From a bacterium (GTDB taxonomy: Bacteria; RBG-13-61-14; DATKZS01), in NCBI GenBank assembly GCA_035527835.1, contig DATKZS010000140.1:72027-136026 (forward strand): a stretch of DNA of 64,000 bases, in the 5' to 3' direction. Shown here one piece after another: positions 62,342-64,000 of the stretch (its first letter is position 1; each line of letters opens with the position of its first letter). The notes beneath the pieces are model-generated. The model was not told where the DNA came from. It was given only the letters and a program-made list of their open reading frames with translations, and ran no database searches. Both the position numbers and the translations under genes were made by a program.

Positions 62342-62440
62342 GTCCCGGAGGGACATCCCGGTAGTAGCCCAGGAATTTATTCCTGGGAACCCGCGATGTG
62401 ACAACAATCGAGTCCCGGCAGGGACGACCGAGATCTTCGG
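62342..62440 (+). repeat. triple-hairpin element, copy D
   Basis: gtcccggagggac - cccaggaatttattcctggg - gtcccggcagggac - gaccgagatcttcgg. Confidence 0.75.
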
Positions 62441-62455
62441 TTCAGGGAGAAAATT

Positions 62456-62977
62456 ATGCCTCTAAACAACGGTGATTACCGCGCACTCGAAGATAAAATC
62501 GTGGCCACCCTGCTCGCCGATACCGGTGAGGGCGGCCTGCGTGAAGGTAGTAATCCGCCCGTGCGCACCATCCTGGCCGGCGGCGTCGAGCTGGCGCGGC
62601 CGCTCGCCCAGGCCGAGTTCCCGGCCGTGCTGGTGCGCGCCGTGGCCAAAAAGGAAACGCCCGCCGCGCCGGCCTACGCCGTGATCAAGACCTTCACCAT
62701 CTCCGCCGTGGTCCTCGACCGCGGCCTGGACCGGGCCGCCGTGGAAGGGTCCGTCCGCAAAATCTCGGCCCGCCTCGAATCCGTGCTGCGCGCGCAGACG
62801 GCAACCGACCGGCAGTTCCTGGGACTGCCCGACTTGATCGAGGGCGCCGAAGGCGTGCTGGTCTCGACCATCACCGAGACCCGCCTCCTGGACAGCGAGG
62901 CCCAATCCGACCGCATCACCGCCCGCGCCGTGGTCGAGGCCTCGATCCAGGTCCCCTGCGCGTTCCGGTACGAATGA
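62456..62977 (+). CDS. hypothetical phage structural/assembly protein
   Basis: 173 aa; located in the head/neck module. Confidence 0.45.
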   Translation: MPLNNGDYRALEDKIVATLLADTGEGGLREGSNPPVRTILAGGVELARPLAQAEFPAVLVRAVAKKETPAAPAYAVIKTFTISAVVLDRGLDRAAVEGSVRKISARLESVLRAQTATDRQFLGLPDLIEGAEGVLVSTITETRLLDSEAQSDRITARAVVEASIQVPCAFRYE

Positions 62978-63007
62978 GGCATTGAGCAAAATGAAAAATA
63001 TTTTGTT

Positions 63008-63079
63008 CACGCAAAGGCGCAAAGATCGCAAAGAAGAATTTTCATTTTCATCCTCTGCGGACTTTGTGCCTTTGCGTGA
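63008..63079. terminator. word-repeat hairpin (GCGCAAAG words)
   Basis: tcacgcaaaggcgcaaagatcgcaaagaagaa ... ctgcggactttgtgcctttgcgtgaa. Confidence 0.7.
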
Positions 63080-63109
63080 AATAAAAATCCTTTAAAAGGA
63101 GTTCCGACC

Positions 63110-64000
63110 ATGAAAAACAATCTCGAAATAATGAGCCGGATCGCCGTGTTCAGGACCAAGGAGGCCGAGCCGGGAGAGCCGTCGGAGACCGGGGGCGTCG
63201 CGCTCGACCTCGACTCCGGCTCCGCCATCAGAAGCGCGCCCGCCGCCGCGCACGACGGCGACACCGTGCACGGCTCCGAGCTGCCCACCGCCATCCTGGC
63301 CCCGCATTGCGAGGCCTCGGGATCGCTTTCCCAGAAGCGGGCCAAGCCGGACCTCCTGGCCTTCGTGCTCGCCTACTTTTTCGGCGAGTGCGCCTCGAAC
63401 CAGGTGAGCGGGACCGCGTACCGGCACGAGATCAGCCCGGCCGCCGGCCCGTACCTGCCGACCTTCACCGCCATCCAGCGCCGCGGCGCCGGAGTGTTCA
63501 CCGAGCGGCTCGCCGGCAACTACATCGAGGGCTTCACGATGGCGCTGGCCGATGGATGGGTGTCGCTCTCCGCCGACGTGGTCGGCACCGGGGCCCGCGA
63601 GGTGAATTATGAGCGCGAGACCGTGGCCGCGCCGGCGAACGCGCAGTCAATCACTCTGGCCGCGAACGCGGTGGAGGGCGCAACCGCGGCGGCCCGGCTC
63701 GCCAACGTGTACCGGGTGCGGGCCAAGGACGCGGGCAGCGATGCCTGGCAAACGCTTTCCGTGGCCTCCGTGTCGGCGGACACGCCCGCGGTGATCGCAT
63801 TTAACCAGGCGCTGGGAGAGAGCGGGGACGACGTGGACTACCAGGTGGACTACATCCCGGCCGCGCCCGCATGGTGCGCGCTCCCGGCCGCGGTGGACGA
63901 ATCGCCGCTCAAGCTGGTCGAGGCCCGCGTGGTGGTGGACGGCTATTACAACGGGAGCAGTCTCACCGGCGGCGAGGAGCTCAAGGCGGAGGTCATGGGC
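63110..64000 (+). CDS. phage structural protein (partial, runs off window end)
   Basis: ATG at 63110 after aggag; open frame to the window end (at least 297 aa). Not in the ORF track because there is no stop. Confidence 0.45.
   Translation, partial: MKNNLEIMSRIAVFRTKEAEPGEPSETGGVALDLDSGSAIRSAPAAAHDGDTVHGSELPTAILAPHCEASGSLSQKRAKPDLLAFVLAYFFGECASNQVSGTAYRHEISPAAGPYLPTFTAIQRRGAGVFTERLAGNYIEGFTMALADGWVSLSADVVGTGAREVNYERETVAAPANAQSITLAANAVEGATAAARLANVYRVRAKDAGSDAWQTLSVASVSADTPAVIAFNQALGESGDDVDYQVDYIPAAPAWCALPAAVDESPLKLVEARVVVDGYYNGSSLTGGEELKAEVMG

Noticed and set aside
42100-64000. Integrase, transposase, att core or tRNA integration site for the prophage
   Set aside because: None recognised in the window. 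Boundaries are inferred only from gene content and GC shift.

Overview
This is a high-GC (about 65-70%) bacterial chromosome segment. The first roughly 42 kb carries ordinary housekeeping genes. From about 42.3 kb to the end of the window is a phage-like region.

Housekeeping genes recognised from the translations: pgi, an MFS transporter, serS, a ThyA-fold protein next to a DegT-type aminotransferase, recG, greA, cutA, dnaJ-grpE, a DUF4258/DUF2283 toxin-antitoxin pair, a very large methyl-accepting chemotaxis protein, a radical-SAM/SPASM maturase, a ceramidase-like hydrolase, an L,D-transpeptidase, pdxA with two SurA-like PPIases, trkH-trkA-trkA, a response regulator and sensor kinase, dnaB, tolB-pal, a SagB-like dehydrogenase and an atypical Hsp70.

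The phage-like region contains a large terminase, a ParB-like protein, a methyltransferase, a SplB-like radical SAM enzyme, an XRE repressor, a portal, a protease/scaffold, DUF2190, a major capsid, a GT2 glycosyltransferase, a beta-helix protein, DUF1320, several low-GC accessory cassettes and AT-rich palindromic control regions.

Two repeat systems stand out. (1) Almost every gene boundary carries a long inverted-repeat hairpin whose stems are built from tandem 7-10 nt 'words'. About seven word families recur at different loci. (2) An element of about 100 bp with three small palindromic hairpins is present in at least five copies, in both the chromosome and the phage region.

I found no rRNA, tRNA, CRISPR array, transposase or integrase by eye.
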